This document shows, in pieces, positions 1-9,690 of a stretch of 64,000 bases of DNA. The translations under genes and the position numbers were made by a program. The notes below the pieces were generated by a model. It made no database searches, was not told where the DNA came from, and saw only the letters and a list, made by a program, of their open reading frames with translations. This stretch comes from Bryobacterales bacterium (GTDB lineage: Bacteria; Acidobacteriota; Terriglobia; Bryobacterales; UBA6623). The DNA lies in assembly GCA_965219585.1 (NCBI GenBank), contig CBDCOA010000003.1, positions 593,375 to 657,374 on the forward strand, in the 5' to 3' direction. Every line of letters begins with the position of its first letter. Within the stretch, counting starts at the first letter, position 1.

Positions 1-104
1 GCCGGAGGTCGTGTATGGGTTCAACATCACAAATCTCTCTGCAGGATTCCAATACAATGCACATTGCAACACAAATCAAGGGCTGGCCTCAGTCAATTGA
101 ATTA

Positions 105-181
105 TGGCGGGCCCGGAGGGATTCGAACCCCCGACCTGCCGCTTAGGAGGCGGCCGCTCTATCCAGCTGAGCTACGGGCCC
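105..181 (-). tRNA. tRNA-Arg (anticodon CCT)
   Basis: Reverse complement folds as GGGCCCG-TA-GCTC-AGCTGGATA-GAGC-G-GCCGC-CTCCTAA-GCGGC-AGGTC-GGGGG-TTCGAAT-CCCTC-CGGGCCC-G-CCA. This is a 77-nt cloverleaf with a 7-bp acceptor stem, a canonical T-loop, an encoded CCA and anticodon CCT. Confidence 0.93.
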
Positions 182-643
182 GTCTTGGAGGAACCGAGTT
201 ACTTCAGCATCTTACCCCAATGCCTCGAACTCGTTTCCCAGCATTCGGAACATGATCGGCAATCGGCCCGGACTGCGTACGGCCTTGGAGGCCCGTTGGC
301 TGCCCCCAGTGACCCCGCATCGCAGGCAGCGAGCCCCTTTGCCGAGACTCTCTGGCAGTGCAATCCAGTCAGTAGGTGGGCCCATCGATCGAGACCAGAA
401 GGCAAAGTCAGACTGGGGCGTCGACCGATCGGCTTCTGCGTGGCTGGCCTGCAACCCGCCCCTCAGGCGAGGCCCAACCGGACCTCAGGCAAGACGCAAA
501 CACAAAGCAAGCGCTCGCAACACGGAAAACCTTGCGATTTCCCTCGCAATCGCAGTAATCGCGCTTGCCTATCGGGCAGCCGACCCATAGAGTGAGCGCG
601 GCGCCTGGGGCGTCGGCTCCGGTGCGCGATCAGGAGGCACGAC

Positions 644-3600
644 ATGAGGTGCAAACTCTTTTCGGTACTGGTTGCCGCTTGCGCGATCACGTGGGGAGCG
701 TCGACGGCTGCCGCTCAGACATCTACCGGCCAGATCACCGGTACGGTCCTCGATCAGTCCGGCGCAGTCGTTCCCGGCGCAGCGATCCAGATCACGAACA
801 CCGAGACCGGTGAATTGGTCCGTCGGGTCGAGTCCAACGAAGTCGGGCGTTTCTCCGCTCCCCTGCTGAGGCCGGGGACCTATGACGTCGCGACCGAGCT
901 CGAGGGCTTCAAGCAATTCGTGCAGTCGGACGTCCAGCTGCGCGTGGATGAAGTCATCAACCTGCGGCTAATCTTGGAGCCCGGCACTGTCACCGAGCAG
1001 GTCACGGTCGAGGCCATGGCCGTCCAGCTGGAGGAGACGACGCACAGCATCGGCCAGGTTGTCGGCGAGACCACCATTCAGAAGCTTCCGCTGAACGGAC
1101 GCAACTATCTGGACCTCGGCAATCTCACCGCAGGAACCGTCCCGAACGCCCGCTCCCGCGACAAGACCTACTCGGCGTACGGCAACCGCGGCTACCAGAA
1201 CGCCTACTTGCTGGACGGCGCACGCAACGTGAACTACCTGCGAGGGCTCGACAATCGGCAGCGCGACGCCATGCGTCCCTCGCTGGAAGCGGTCGAGGAA
1301 TTCAAGGTGAACACCAGCAACTTCTCGGCCGAGTACGGCGCTTCGGCAGGCGCGGTCGTGAACGTGGTGACCAAGAGCGGCACCAACGAATACCACGGGT
1401 CTGCGTTCTGGTTCCTGCGCAACGACAACCTCGATGCCAGGGACTATTTCGCACCGCCCACGACCGTTGATCCTCTCTACATCCAGCACCAGGCGGGCGG
1501 CGCGCTGGGCGGCCCGATCGTGAGCAACCGCGTGTTCTGGCACGCCGCATACCAGCGCACGCACATCACCCAAGGCACCACGTTGACCGGCAATGTGCCG
1601 CTGCCGGCGGAGCGTGCGGGCGAGTTCGGCGACCGCAGCGTGTTCGACCCGTTCACCACGCGCGCGGCGCCAGACGGCGAGAGCTTCGTCCGGGACCAGT
1701 TCGAAAACAACATGATCCCGTCGTCGCGCATGGACCCTGTTGGCCGGGACCTGATCTCTCGGTACCCGGCCCCGGTGTTCGACCGGACCACGCGGAACTA
1801 CGTGCGAGCCCCCAACAACGGAATCCGGACTGACAACCTCACCGCCAGAGGGGACGTGCGGGTCAGCGACATGGACAGCATGTTCGGACGCTATTCGTTC
1901 AACCTGCCCGACTTCCAGCAGAACGCCGTGTTCGAGACGCCGGCAGGCAACCCGGTCGTCCGCGAGGGCGACGCGTTCAGTATCGGCTACGGCTATACGC
2001 GGACGTTCTCGCCCAGCATCGTCAATGAGTTTCGCTTCGCATGGAACCGAATCGGCGTGGACCAAGACGGCCTGACACCGCGCGACGAGATCATTCCCGG
2101 CGCACTGGATCCTGGCGTCACCAGCGGCACGCCAACATTCGGCCTCGCCGGCCTTACATCGATTGGCGTGGCGCCGCCCGGATTCGGCAACCTCCCGCTG
2201 CTGAAGTCTTCCGCCGTATGGAACTTCTCCGACAATCTGTCGATGGTGTCGGGGCGGCACACTATGAAGCTTGGCTTCGATTACCAGATGATCCGCGCAA
2301 AGACGTCGGCAACGCTAGTGGGCCGTGGGAGCTTTAGCTTCAACGGAGTGTTCACCCAGGATCCGCAGGCCCGGCCCGGAACTGGCTCCTCGGTCGCCGA
2401 CCTTCTGCTGGGCCTGCCCAACAGGATCACAACCGGAACCCGCGCGACAGCGCGAGAACAGCAGCAGAATCTGTACTGGTACTTCCAAGACGATTGGCAG
2501 GTAACCTCCAGGCTCACGCTGAACCTTGGAGTCCGCTACGAGTTGACCCAGCCGTTTATCGAACTGGACAACCGCATGGCAAACTTCATCCTCGAGCCGC
2601 AGGACTCCTTGTTCGGGCAGTTGATCCTTGCCGGGGACGACCGCAAGCCTCGCAGCCTCCTGAACACCGACATGAACAACATCGCTCCTCGTTTCGGGTT
2701 CGCCTACCGTGCGGCCGATGGACTCGTGATCCGGGGCGGCTATGGCGTGTTCTATGGCCAGGACGAAGGGACGGGAGTGAACCGTCGCATGACGAATAAC
2801 CCCCCATTCTTCGGATTCGGTGGGATCTCGCTTCCAAGCGACCAGTTGAATCCGTCAAGCACCATACCGTTGAGCAGCGCCCTGCCTGCTCGCCCGGACC
2901 CGATTGCACCCCAGGATTTTGTCCTCAACCCGAGGTCCACCGCCCGTCTGAGGAGCTGGTTCCATACGCTCGATATGCCAACGATTCAGCAATGGAATAT
3001 CAGCATCCAGAAGCAGCTGCCGGGCAGCATCATGTGGGAGGTCAACTACGTCGGCAACACGGGCCGGCAGCTCTACGCTTCCTATGAGGGCAACCAGCCC
3101 ACCCCTGGCCCGGGATCGCCGAACAACCGCAGGCCTCACGGCGAGTACACGCGGGCGCGTATTTTCCGGACCGAACCTTGGGCAACGAGCAGCTACCACG
3201 GAATTTCGACGCGCCTGGAAAAGCGGTTCAGCGGCGGCCTGTCGTTCCTTACCGCGTTCACTCACGGCAGGTCTCTGGACACTGCCAGCAACCTCGGCAA
3301 TTGCGACGGCTGCGGCCCGTCCGGTGACTACGGAGGCATACAGGACACGCGCAACCTTGACGAGAACCGAGGTCCCTCCAACCACAACATCCCGAACCGC
3401 TTTGTCTTTAGCGGCGTGTACAGCTTGCCCTTCAGCGAAGGCCCGCTCAAGCACGTGCTCGGCGGATGGGACGTGTCCGGAATCGTGACATTCTCTGACG
3501 GGATCCCGTTCACGCCGGCATTGAATTTCGACAACGCCAACACGGGCACAACCTCGCGGCCGGACCGCATCCGGGACGGGACGCTTTCCAATCCGACGAT

Positions 3601-3901
3601 CGACCGCTACTTCGACATTGACGCGTTCCCTTTCCCGACGAGGTACACGTTCGGAGACTCGGGCCGCAACATTCTGTACGGGCCGGGCACCAACATGGTC
3701 AACTTCGCCCTGCACCGCAATTTCCCCCTGCCGCTTAGCGAGACATCGAAGATCGAGTTCCGGTTCGAGGCCTTCAATTTCTTCAATCGGCCTCACTTCG
3801 GCTTGCCGGTTCTTTCTATCGGCAACCGCAACGCGGGAGTCATCGGAGGGACGGCTCAGGACAACCGGCAGCTTCAGTTCGGCCTCAAGCTGCTGTTCTG
3901 A
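644..3901 (+). CDS. TonB-dependent outer-membrane receptor with N-terminal carboxypeptidase-regulatory-like domain
   Basis: 1085-aa ORF. It has a signal peptide (MRCKLFSVLVAACAITWGASTAAAQ) and a CarboxypepD_reg-like segment (TGTVLDQSGAVVPGAAIQITNTETG...GTYDV). A plug-like region and a long beta-barrel follow, ending in the typical C-terminal aromatic (..FGLKLLF). GGAGG lies upstream of the ATG. Confidence 0.85.
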   Translation: MRCKLFSVLVAACAITWGASTAAAQTSTGQITGTVLDQSGAVVPGAAIQITNTETGELVRRVESNEVGRFSAPLLRPGTYDVATELEGFKQFVQSDVQLRVDEVINLRLILEPGTVTEQVTVEAMAVQLEETTHSIGQVVGETTIQKLPLNGRNYLDLGNLTAGTVPNARSRDKTYSAYGNRGYQNAYLLDGARNVNYLRGLDNRQRDAMRPSLEAVEEFKVNTSNFSAEYGASAGAVVNVVTKSGTNEYHGSAFWFLRNDNLDARDYFAPPTTVDPLYIQHQAGGALGGPIVSNRVFWHAAYQRTHITQGTTLTGNVPLPAERAGEFGDRSVFDPFTTRAAPDGESFVRDQFENNMIPSSRMDPVGRDLISRYPAPVFDRTTRNYVRAPNNGIRTDNLTARGDVRVSDMDSMFGRYSFNLPDFQQNAVFETPAGNPVVREGDAFSIGYGYTRTFSPSIVNEFRFAWNRIGVDQDGLTPRDEIIPGALDPGVTSGTPTFGLAGLTSIGVAPPGFGNLPLLKSSAVWNFSDNLSMVSGRHTMKLGFDYQMIRAKTSATLVGRGSFSFNGVFTQDPQARPGTGSSVADLLLGLPNRITTGTRATAREQQQNLYWYFQDDWQVTSRLTLNLGVRYELTQPFIELDNRMANFILEPQDSLFGQLILAGDDRKPRSLLNTDMNNIAPRFGFAYRAADGLVIRGGYGVFYGQDEGTGVNRRMTNNPPFFGFGGISLPSDQLNPSSTIPLSSALPARPDPIAPQDFVLNPRSTARLRSWFHTLDMPTIQQWNISIQKQLPGSIMWEVNYVGNTGRQLYASYEGNQPTPGPGSPNNRRPHGEYTRARIFRTEPWATSSYHGISTRLEKRFSGGLSFLTAFTHGRSLDTASNLGNCDGCGPSGDYGGIQDTRNLDENRGPSNHNIPNRFVFSGVYSLPFSEGPLKHVLGGWDVSGIVTFSDGIPFTPALNFDNANTGTTSRPDRIRDGTLSNPTIDRYFDIDAFPFPTRYTFGDSGRNILYGPGTNMVNFALHRNFPLPLSETSKIEFRFEAFNFFNRPHFGLPVLSIGNRNAGVIGGTAQDNRQLQFGLKLLF

Positions 3902-3929
3902 CGCCGACCAGAAGCTGGACACGAAGACA

Positions 3930-3969
3930 GGGGGTCATGGCACGGCTAGCTTGCCGCGCCATGGCCCCC
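3930..3969 (+). terminator. Stem-loop downstream of the TonB receptor (putative terminator, no T-tract)
   Basis: GGGGGTCATGGC (3930-3941) pairs with GCCATGGCCCCC (3958-3969) with one mismatch. An inner CGGC/GCCG pair is also present. The hairpin starts 29 nt after the stop codon. Confidence 0.35.
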
Positions 3970-4179
3970 AAGCCTTGATCGAGACAGGAAATCGGCGCGT
4001 CACTGCCTCCTCAACCGTAGGCCTCGCCAGTCCCCAAGCCGGCGGGCTCCAAGGAGCCGATCAGTGCCGCGGCACGCTCCCGCACCGCGCGGATTCCGCC
4101 GTGCGCATCGCGGAAAAACTGACCGTCAATCGGGCGCTGGAATAGATCCCGCGGGGTGACGCAGGCGCTGCAGCATGAA

Positions 4180-6495
4180 TCAGAAGCGCAACTTGCGTAG
4201 GCGCAGAGAGTTCAGCACTACCGAAATCGACGATGCGGTCATCGCGAATGCCGCAAACATGGGATTGATCAGGATGCCGAAGAAAGGAAAGAGCAGCCCG
4301 GCTGCCACCGGCACGCCAGAGGCGTTGTATGCCAATGCAAAGAACAGGTTCTGGCGAATGTTGCGCATGGTGGCGCGCGCCAGCCTTCGGGCACGGGCGA
4401 TACCGTCGAGGTTTCCCTTGACCAGCGTGATGCCGGCGCTTTCGATGGCCACGTCCGCACCGGTGCCCATGGCGATGCCTACATCAGCCTGGGCGAGCGC
4501 GGGCGCATCGTTGACCCCGTCGCCCGCCATCGCGACTCGCCTACCCTCCGCTTGGATTTCCGTGATGATACGGGCCTTGTCGCCGGGCAATACGTCGGCG
4601 CGGATATCGGCAATGCCCAAACGGGCCGCCACAGCCCTTGCCGTGCGCTCGTTGTCACCGGTGGCCATGATGATGCGAAAGCCTAGCCGTCGAAGCGCCT
4701 CGAGAGCGCTGGGAGTGGAGTCCTTCACGGGATCGGCGACACTGACCAAGCCCGCGAACCTTCCATCGAGCATGACGAACATCACCGTCTCGCCCTCGTC
4801 GCGCCGGCGGTTGGCCCGGTCGGCCATTGCTTCGACCTCGAGCCCGAGGTCCTGCACCAGCTTCAAGTTGCCGATCGCGACAGCATTGCCGTCGACGGTG
4901 CCTCTGACCCCCTGGCCGGTCACCGCTTCAAAGTCCGCCGCCTCGGCCAGCTCGACGCCACGATCCTCGGCCCCGCGAACGATTGCGTCAGCAAGCGGGT
5001 GCTCGGAGCCCTTCTCCAGCGTCGCAGCCAGCTTCAGCACCGTGGCCTCGTCGTGGCCAGTTGCGGGCAGGACGGCCACGAGCTGGGGCTCCCCCTCCGT
5101 CAACGTACCTGTCTTGTCGACGACGAGAGTGTCGACCATTTCGAGCCGCTCCAGAGACTCGGCGTTCTTGATCAGCACCCCAATCTGAGCACCGCGCCCG
5201 GTCGCCGTCATGACCGACATGGGGGTCGCGAGACCCAGTGCGCAAGGACACGCGATGATCAGGACCGCGACCGCCGCAAGCAGCCCGTAGGACAGCGAGG
5301 GTGCCGGGCCCCAGATTGCCCAGACGATGAACGAGCAGACCGCGACCAGGATCACCACCGGCACGAAGAGGCCCGCCACTTTGTCAGCGTATTGCTGGAT
5401 GGGCGCTCGACTCCGCTGCGCGTTCTCGACCATCTCGACGATTTGGCTCAGCACCGTGTCGGCTCCGACTCTCGTGGCTTCCATGATCAGGCTACCGGTA
5501 CCGTTGATGGTCGCGCCCGTGAGCGGGTCGCCCCGCGTCTTCTCCACGGGTACGGGCTCGCCCGTGATCATGCTCTCGTCGACGAAGGATCGGCCTTCGA
5601 CTACTAGGCCATCGACCGGCACCTTGTCGCCCGGCCGCACCCGTAGCCGGTCACCGAGTTGCACGTCGTCAAGCGGGATCTCTTCCTCCCGCCCGTCCTC
5701 GCGGACCACGAGCGCGGCCTTTGCCGCCATGTCGAGTAGCGCGCGGATCGCTTCGCCGGTACCCTGCCGGGCCCGTAGTTCCATAAGCTGGCCCAGAAGC
5801 ACGAGCGTCACGATCACCGCCGCCGCTTCGAAATAGACCCCGACATGGCCGTCTGCGTTGCGGAAGCCGTCGGGGAAGATGCCGGGCGCCAGCACGGCAA
5901 CCATGCTGTAGAGCCAAGCGGCCATCACTCCCATCGTGATCAGGGAGAACATATTGAGGTTCATCGTGCGAAACGACGTCCAGCCGCGCGCGAGGAACGG
6001 CCGGCCGCACCACAGCACCACTGGTGTGCCCAAGACCACCTCGATCCAGAGCGCTCCGCGTTCGCCAAAAGCTTCGCGCACTCGTTCGAGGCCCAGCAGC
6101 GGTCCCATAGCGAGCACCAGTAGCGGAACCGTCAACACCACGCCGACCCGGAATCGCCGGGTGAAATCCACCAGTTCCGGGTTCGGATCGTCCTCGGCCA
6201 TCGCAGCGGATTCAAGCTCCAGGCCCATGCCGCAGATTGGGCACGAGCCTGGACGCGTCTGGCGCACGGACGGATGCATTGGGCACGTATAGATCACACC
6301 TGTATGCCCGGTCGGAACCGTGTCATTGTGCCTGCCCTCGACCCTGTCCTCATGCCCTCGATGAGAGTGGGCGTGGTGGCTGTGATCACCATGTGCTCCG
6401 ACCTCTTCCTCGGCGACCAAAAGCATGCCGCACTTTGGACAATTCCCTGGCTGGCTCGAACGCACCTGGGGGTGCATGGGACATGTTTGGATCAT
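4180..6495 (-). CDS. copA: Heavy-metal (Cu+/Ag+) translocating P1B-type ATPase
   Basis: Contains the CPC transmembrane motif ([13 protein letters not shown]), the DKTGTLT phosphorylation site, [10 protein letters not shown] and the TGE actuator motif. The N-terminus has two CPMHP...PGxCPxCGM metal-binding modules and a His-rich linker. The ORF is open to 6645, and I prefer the ATG at 6495 (MIQTCPMHP). Confidence 0.85.
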   Translation of the reverse strand: MIQTCPMHPQVRSSQPGNCPKCGMLLVAEEEVGAHGDHSHHAHSHRGHEDRVEGRHNDTVPTGHTGVIYTCPMHPSVRQTRPGSCPICGMGLELESAAMAEDDPNPELVDFTRRFRVGVVLTVPLLVLAMGPLLGLERVREAFGERGALWIEVVLGTPVVLWCGRPFLARGWTSFRTMNLNMFSLITMGVMAAWLYSMVAVLAPGIFPDGFRNADGHVGVYFEAAAVIVTLVLLGQLMELRARQGTGEAIRALLDMAAKAALVVREDGREEEIPLDDVQLGDRLRVRPGDKVPVDGLVVEGRSFVDESMITGEPVPVEKTRGDPLTGATINGTGSLIMEATRVGADTVLSQIVEMVENAQRSRAPIQQYADKVAGLFVPVVILVAVCSFIVWAIWGPAPSLSYGLLAAVAVLIIACPCALGLATPMSVMTATGRGAQIGVLIKNAESLERLEMVDTLVVDKTGTLTEGEPQLVAVLPATGHDEATVLKLAATLEKGSEHPLADAIVRGAEDRGVELAEAADFEAVTGQGVRGTVDGNAVAIGNLKLVQDLGLEVEAMADRANRRRDEGETVMFVMLDGRFAGLVSVADPVKDSTPSALEALRRLGFRIIMATGDNERTARAVAARLGIADIRADVLPGDKARIITEIQAEGRRVAMAGDGVNDAPALAQADVGIAMGTGADVAIESAGITLVKGNLDGIARARRLARATMRNIRQNLFFALAYNASGVPVAAGLLFPFFGILINPMFAAFAMTASSISVVLNSLRLRKLRF

Positions 6496-6689
6496 GGTCT
6501 TTGGCCAGGAAGGGGTGTGATCGATGTGACCATCGTCGGTCCCTGGGAGCACAGCGTAGTCAGCGCATCGTCGACTGTCAACGGGCAGCGAAGACGCACC
6601 CCGGCCTGCCAAGGGGGCCGGCCTGTGCGAACCCTTGTGTCTCACACACGGGCTTCTGAACGGGCATCGACGGCTGCTACAGTGTCCTC

Positions 6690-8144
6690 ATGCTGGCTCT
6701 TAGACGCCATCTCGCCACCGCAGCGGCCCTGTGCACGTTTGCGGCCTTCGGGCTCACTACCGAATCCCTAGCCCAGACAGCAGATCGTCCCAACATCATC
6801 TTCCTGCTCCTCGATGACATGGGCTACGCCGATGTTGGGGCCTACGGCAACAGCTATCACCGCACTCCCAACATTGACCGCCTGGCCGAAGAGGGCATGC
6901 GCTTCACAAACGCCTACGCCGCCGCCCCCAACTGTTCTCCGACACGAGCCAGTATTCTGACCGGCCGCTGGCCCGCGCGACTCGGCCTGACGCAGTACCT
7001 GCCCGGCAATGTCCTGCCCCACGCCAAGTTGCGACAAGCTCAACTGCCCCTAGGCCTGCCACTCGATGAGACCGTAATCGCGGAGCCGCTCGGCGCGGCT
7101 GGCTACGTCACCGCCTGCATCGGCAAGTGGCACCTCGGAGCAGGCGATTACATGCCGGACGAGCGTGGGTTCGACGAGAGCTTCGCGTCCAGCCACTTGG
7201 GCTCTCACAGGACCATGTTCGCGCCGCACAAGTGGCTCCAAGTCCCCGGTGCTCAGCCCGGCGACTACTTGACTGACAAGTTGACCAAGGCCGCCGAACA
7301 GTTCATCGAAGAGAATCGGGAGCGCCCGTTCTTCCTGTATCTGTCCTACTACTCAGTGCACGGGCCTATCCAAGCCAAGCGCAGCCTGATCGACAGCTAC
7401 GCGGGCAGGACCGATCCGACCAACCGGAACCACGCGGTCTACGCCGCGATGGTCGAAGGTGTCGACCAGAGCGTGGGACGCCTGCTCTCCCTGCTGGAGC
7501 GTCACGATCTCGCCTCCGACACCGCCGTCTTCTTCTTCTCCGACAACGGGGGAGTGGCGAGCCGCGCCTTCAACGGCGGCTTCCGATCGGGCAAGGGCTA
7601 CATCTGGGAGGGCGGCATCCGCGAGCCGCTGATCGTGCGCTGGCCCAAGGCGGTTCGAGCGGGCGCAGTCGAAGACACGCCCGTCAGCAGCATCGACTTC
7701 TATCCCACGCTGCTTGAAATGGCCGCGGCGGCAGATACAGAAGGCCACACCGTAGATGGCAAGAGCCTCGTGCCCTTGCTCAGGCAGACCGGAGAGCTCG
7801 AGCGAGACACGCTGTACTGGCACTATCCTCACTACTCAAACGCGGGCTCCGCACCCACAGCGGCGATTCGCAAGCAAGGCTGGAAGCTGATCGAGTTTTA
7901 CGAGGACTCGCACATTGAACTCTACAACCTCGTCGAGGATCCGGCGGAGAGCAACGATCTGTCCTCGGCGGAAAGGACGCGCGCCGCCGCAATGCGGCAG
8001 GCGCTGGCGGCGTGGAGAGAGTCCGTTGGCGCTACGATGCCAGCATCCAATCCCGACTACGACCCCGCTAGGGCCAAGGAGCGCCGTCCGACCCTCTACA
8101 AGCCGCGCTGGGACGCGAGCGACCCGTTCTTGCCGCGGCGGTAA
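6690..8144 (+). CDS. Arylsulfatase-family (formylglycine-dependent) sulfatase
   Basis: Has a signal peptide, then NIIFLLLDDMGYAD and the CSPTRASILTGR signature (C-x-P-x-R). Confidence 0.85.
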   Translation: MLALRRHLATAAALCTFAAFGLTTESLAQTADRPNIIFLLLDDMGYADVGAYGNSYHRTPNIDRLAEEGMRFTNAYAAAPNCSPTRASILTGRWPARLGLTQYLPGNVLPHAKLRQAQLPLGLPLDETVIAEPLGAAGYVTACIGKWHLGAGDYMPDERGFDESFASSHLGSHRTMFAPHKWLQVPGAQPGDYLTDKLTKAAEQFIEENRERPFFLYLSYYSVHGPIQAKRSLIDSYAGRTDPTNRNHAVYAAMVEGVDQSVGRLLSLLERHDLASDTAVFFFSDNGGVASRAFNGGFRSGKGYIWEGGIREPLIVRWPKAVRAGAVEDTPVSSIDFYPTLLEMAAAADTEGHTVDGKSLVPLLRQTGELERDTLYWHYPHYSNAGSAPTAAIRKQGWKLIEFYEDSHIELYNLVEDPAESNDLSSAERTRAAAMRQALAAWRESVGATMPASNPDYDPARAKERRPTLYKPRWDASDPFLPRR

Positions 8145-8165
8145 CGCCTGCTGACTTGATCGCGA

Positions 8166-8891
8166 CTATCCCAAGTCGAACGAGTCGCTGAGGAACTGGC
8201 GCATCGAGTTCCACGACCTCCGATCGGCCTGGGCGTCGTAGACCGTTCCCATGTCAGGATTGTTGGCCTCCGGGTTCGTGAAGGCGTGCATCGTGCGCCC
8301 GTAGGCGTGGATCTGCCAATCCGCGCCGGCGCGGGTGAACTCCCCGGCAAGCGCTTCCACCGAGTCTGGTTTCGCCATTGGATCGTCCCATCCGTGTAGC
8401 ACCAGCACGCGCGGCCTCACGTTCGCAGTCTCGATGTTGCCGGGTGGGTTCAGCAGGCCGTGAAAGCTCACCGCAGCTTGGAATGGCGCGCCCGTGCGGG
8501 CCAGGTCCAGCACGCACAGGCCTCCGAAGCAGTAACCGATCGCAGCCGTGCGCCCCGAATCCACGCTCGGGAGCGCCTTGAGGGCATCGAGTGCGGCCGT
8601 CATACGTCGCTGCAGCAGGGCGCGGTCTTCCAGCACGACCGACATGAGCTTGGCGTTCTCTTCCGTGCTGCTGCCGACGATGCCGCCGCCATACATGTCT
8701 ACAGCCAGCGCGACGTAGCCGAGCTCGGCGATTTCCGCAGCCTTCCCCTGCTCGAAAGGCCCGCAACCCGCCCACGTATGCGCGATCAGCACTCCCGGGC
8801 GCGGGTCGGTCCATGTATCGTCTCGCGCAAGCTGGCCTCGCAACAGCGTGCTGCCATCCGAATACTCGAATGTCTCAGTCGTAATCGCCAT
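8166..8891 (-). CDS. Dienelactone hydrolase family protein
   Basis: Alpha/beta hydrolase with a nucleophile-elbow-like GYCFGG and a C-terminal HAF motif, an overall DLH-like pattern. The ATG at 8891 (MAITTETFEY) is preferred over the ORF-track start at 8936. Confidence 0.7.
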   Translation of the reverse strand: MAITTETFEYSDGSTLLRGQLARDDTWTDPRPGVLIAHTWAGCGPFEQGKAAEIAELGYVALAVDMYGGGIVGSSTEENAKLMSVVLEDRALLQRRMTAALDALKALPSVDSGRTAAIGYCFGGLCVLDLARTGAPFQAAVSFHGLLNPPGNIETANVRPRVLVLHGWDDPMAKPDSVEALAGEFTRAGADWQIHAYGRTMHAFTNPEANNPDMGTVYDAQADRRSWNSMRQFLSDSFDLG

Positions 8892-8959
8892 GTTCACCTC
8901 GTTCACAGAAAGTCTTGCCGCTCTACCGTCCCACACCTGTGCGCGTGCCGAGGATGCCT

Positions 8960-9400
8960 TCAGCGCCTGTGCACCAAGACCTTGTTCGTTCCATGCTGCA
9001 CGATCTTGTCGTCTTGATTCAACACCTCATACTCGACAGTGACCACGCCACGGTCCGGCTTGGAGCTAGACGGGCGCTTGTCTGTAACACGAAGTCGCGC
9101 ATGGATCGTGTCACCGATATAGATCGGTCCAGAAAACTCCCACGACCAGTGCAGAGACGCAATGGCCTCGATCTGGAACGAGGACCGGTGCTTCAGGCCA
9201 TCGGCCATCGCCAGCCCCAGCAATCCGTGCGCCACTCGCCGCCCGAACTGTGTCTTGCGAGCGTACTCCTCGTTGGTGTGCAGCTCGAAGAAGTCCATCG
9301 ACACTGCCGCGAAGTTCATCACGTGCCAATCGGTCACTGTGATCGCGGGCGTCTCGTGCTCCTCGCCGATCTCGATCTCGTCGAACCTGCGCTTTTCCAT
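8960..9400 (-). CDS. MaoC-like (R)-hydratase / hot-dog fold dehydratase
   Basis: 146 aa, with a MaoC-dehydratase-like pattern (FAAVSMDFFELHTNEEYA..T.FG.RVAHG). Confidence 0.7.
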   Translation of the reverse strand: MEKRRFDEIEIGEEHETPAITVTDWHVMNFAAVSMDFFELHTNEEYARKTQFGRRVAHGLLGLAMADGLKHRSSFQIEAIASLHWSWEFSGPIYIGDTIHARLRVTDKRPSSSKPDRGVVTVEYEVLNQDDKIVQHGTNKVLVHRR

Positions 9401-9690
9401 GGCCGCTACGTGCAGTAGACCACACCTAACGGCACGCTACGAAGTCGCACCAGTCCTTGGCCGGCCTAGAGAACGCCGTCCGCAAAGCCAGACGGGCGCA
9501 CGGTTCCTTACTCGTGTTAAAGATAAACTTTCTTAACTAGTCGCAAAATGGCAGATGAAGCCTTTGTCCAGCGCGGAACTCGCCAAAGGACCTTGCATTC
9601 CGCCGAGTCCGGTTGCGTCGTGCGGCCCGCACAAGCAGCAAACCACGCAGCCGCGTCATGTGCGAGCCATCGTGGTTGCCCTAAGCTTAG

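Noticed and set aside
182-643. Possible riboswitch (e.g. cobalamin) in the 460-bp leader of the TonB-dependent receptor
   Set aside because: I could not find a B12-box-like or other recognisable riboswitch core. Only a short TTGCGA/TCGCAA hairpin is present. An Rfam scan would be needed to be sure.
968-2260. 430-aa ORF antisense to the TonB-dependent receptor
   Set aside because: It lies entirely within, and opposite to, a gene with clear family features. The composition is Arg/Ala/Gly/Val-rich, typical of spurious antisense ORFs in GC-rich DNA, and it has no RBS or motifs.
4175-5188. 337-aa plus-strand ORF overlapping the P-type ATPase gene
   Set aside because: It is antisense to a well-supported copA. 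It is Ser/Ala/Thr/Arg-rich and low-complexity with no recognisable domain.
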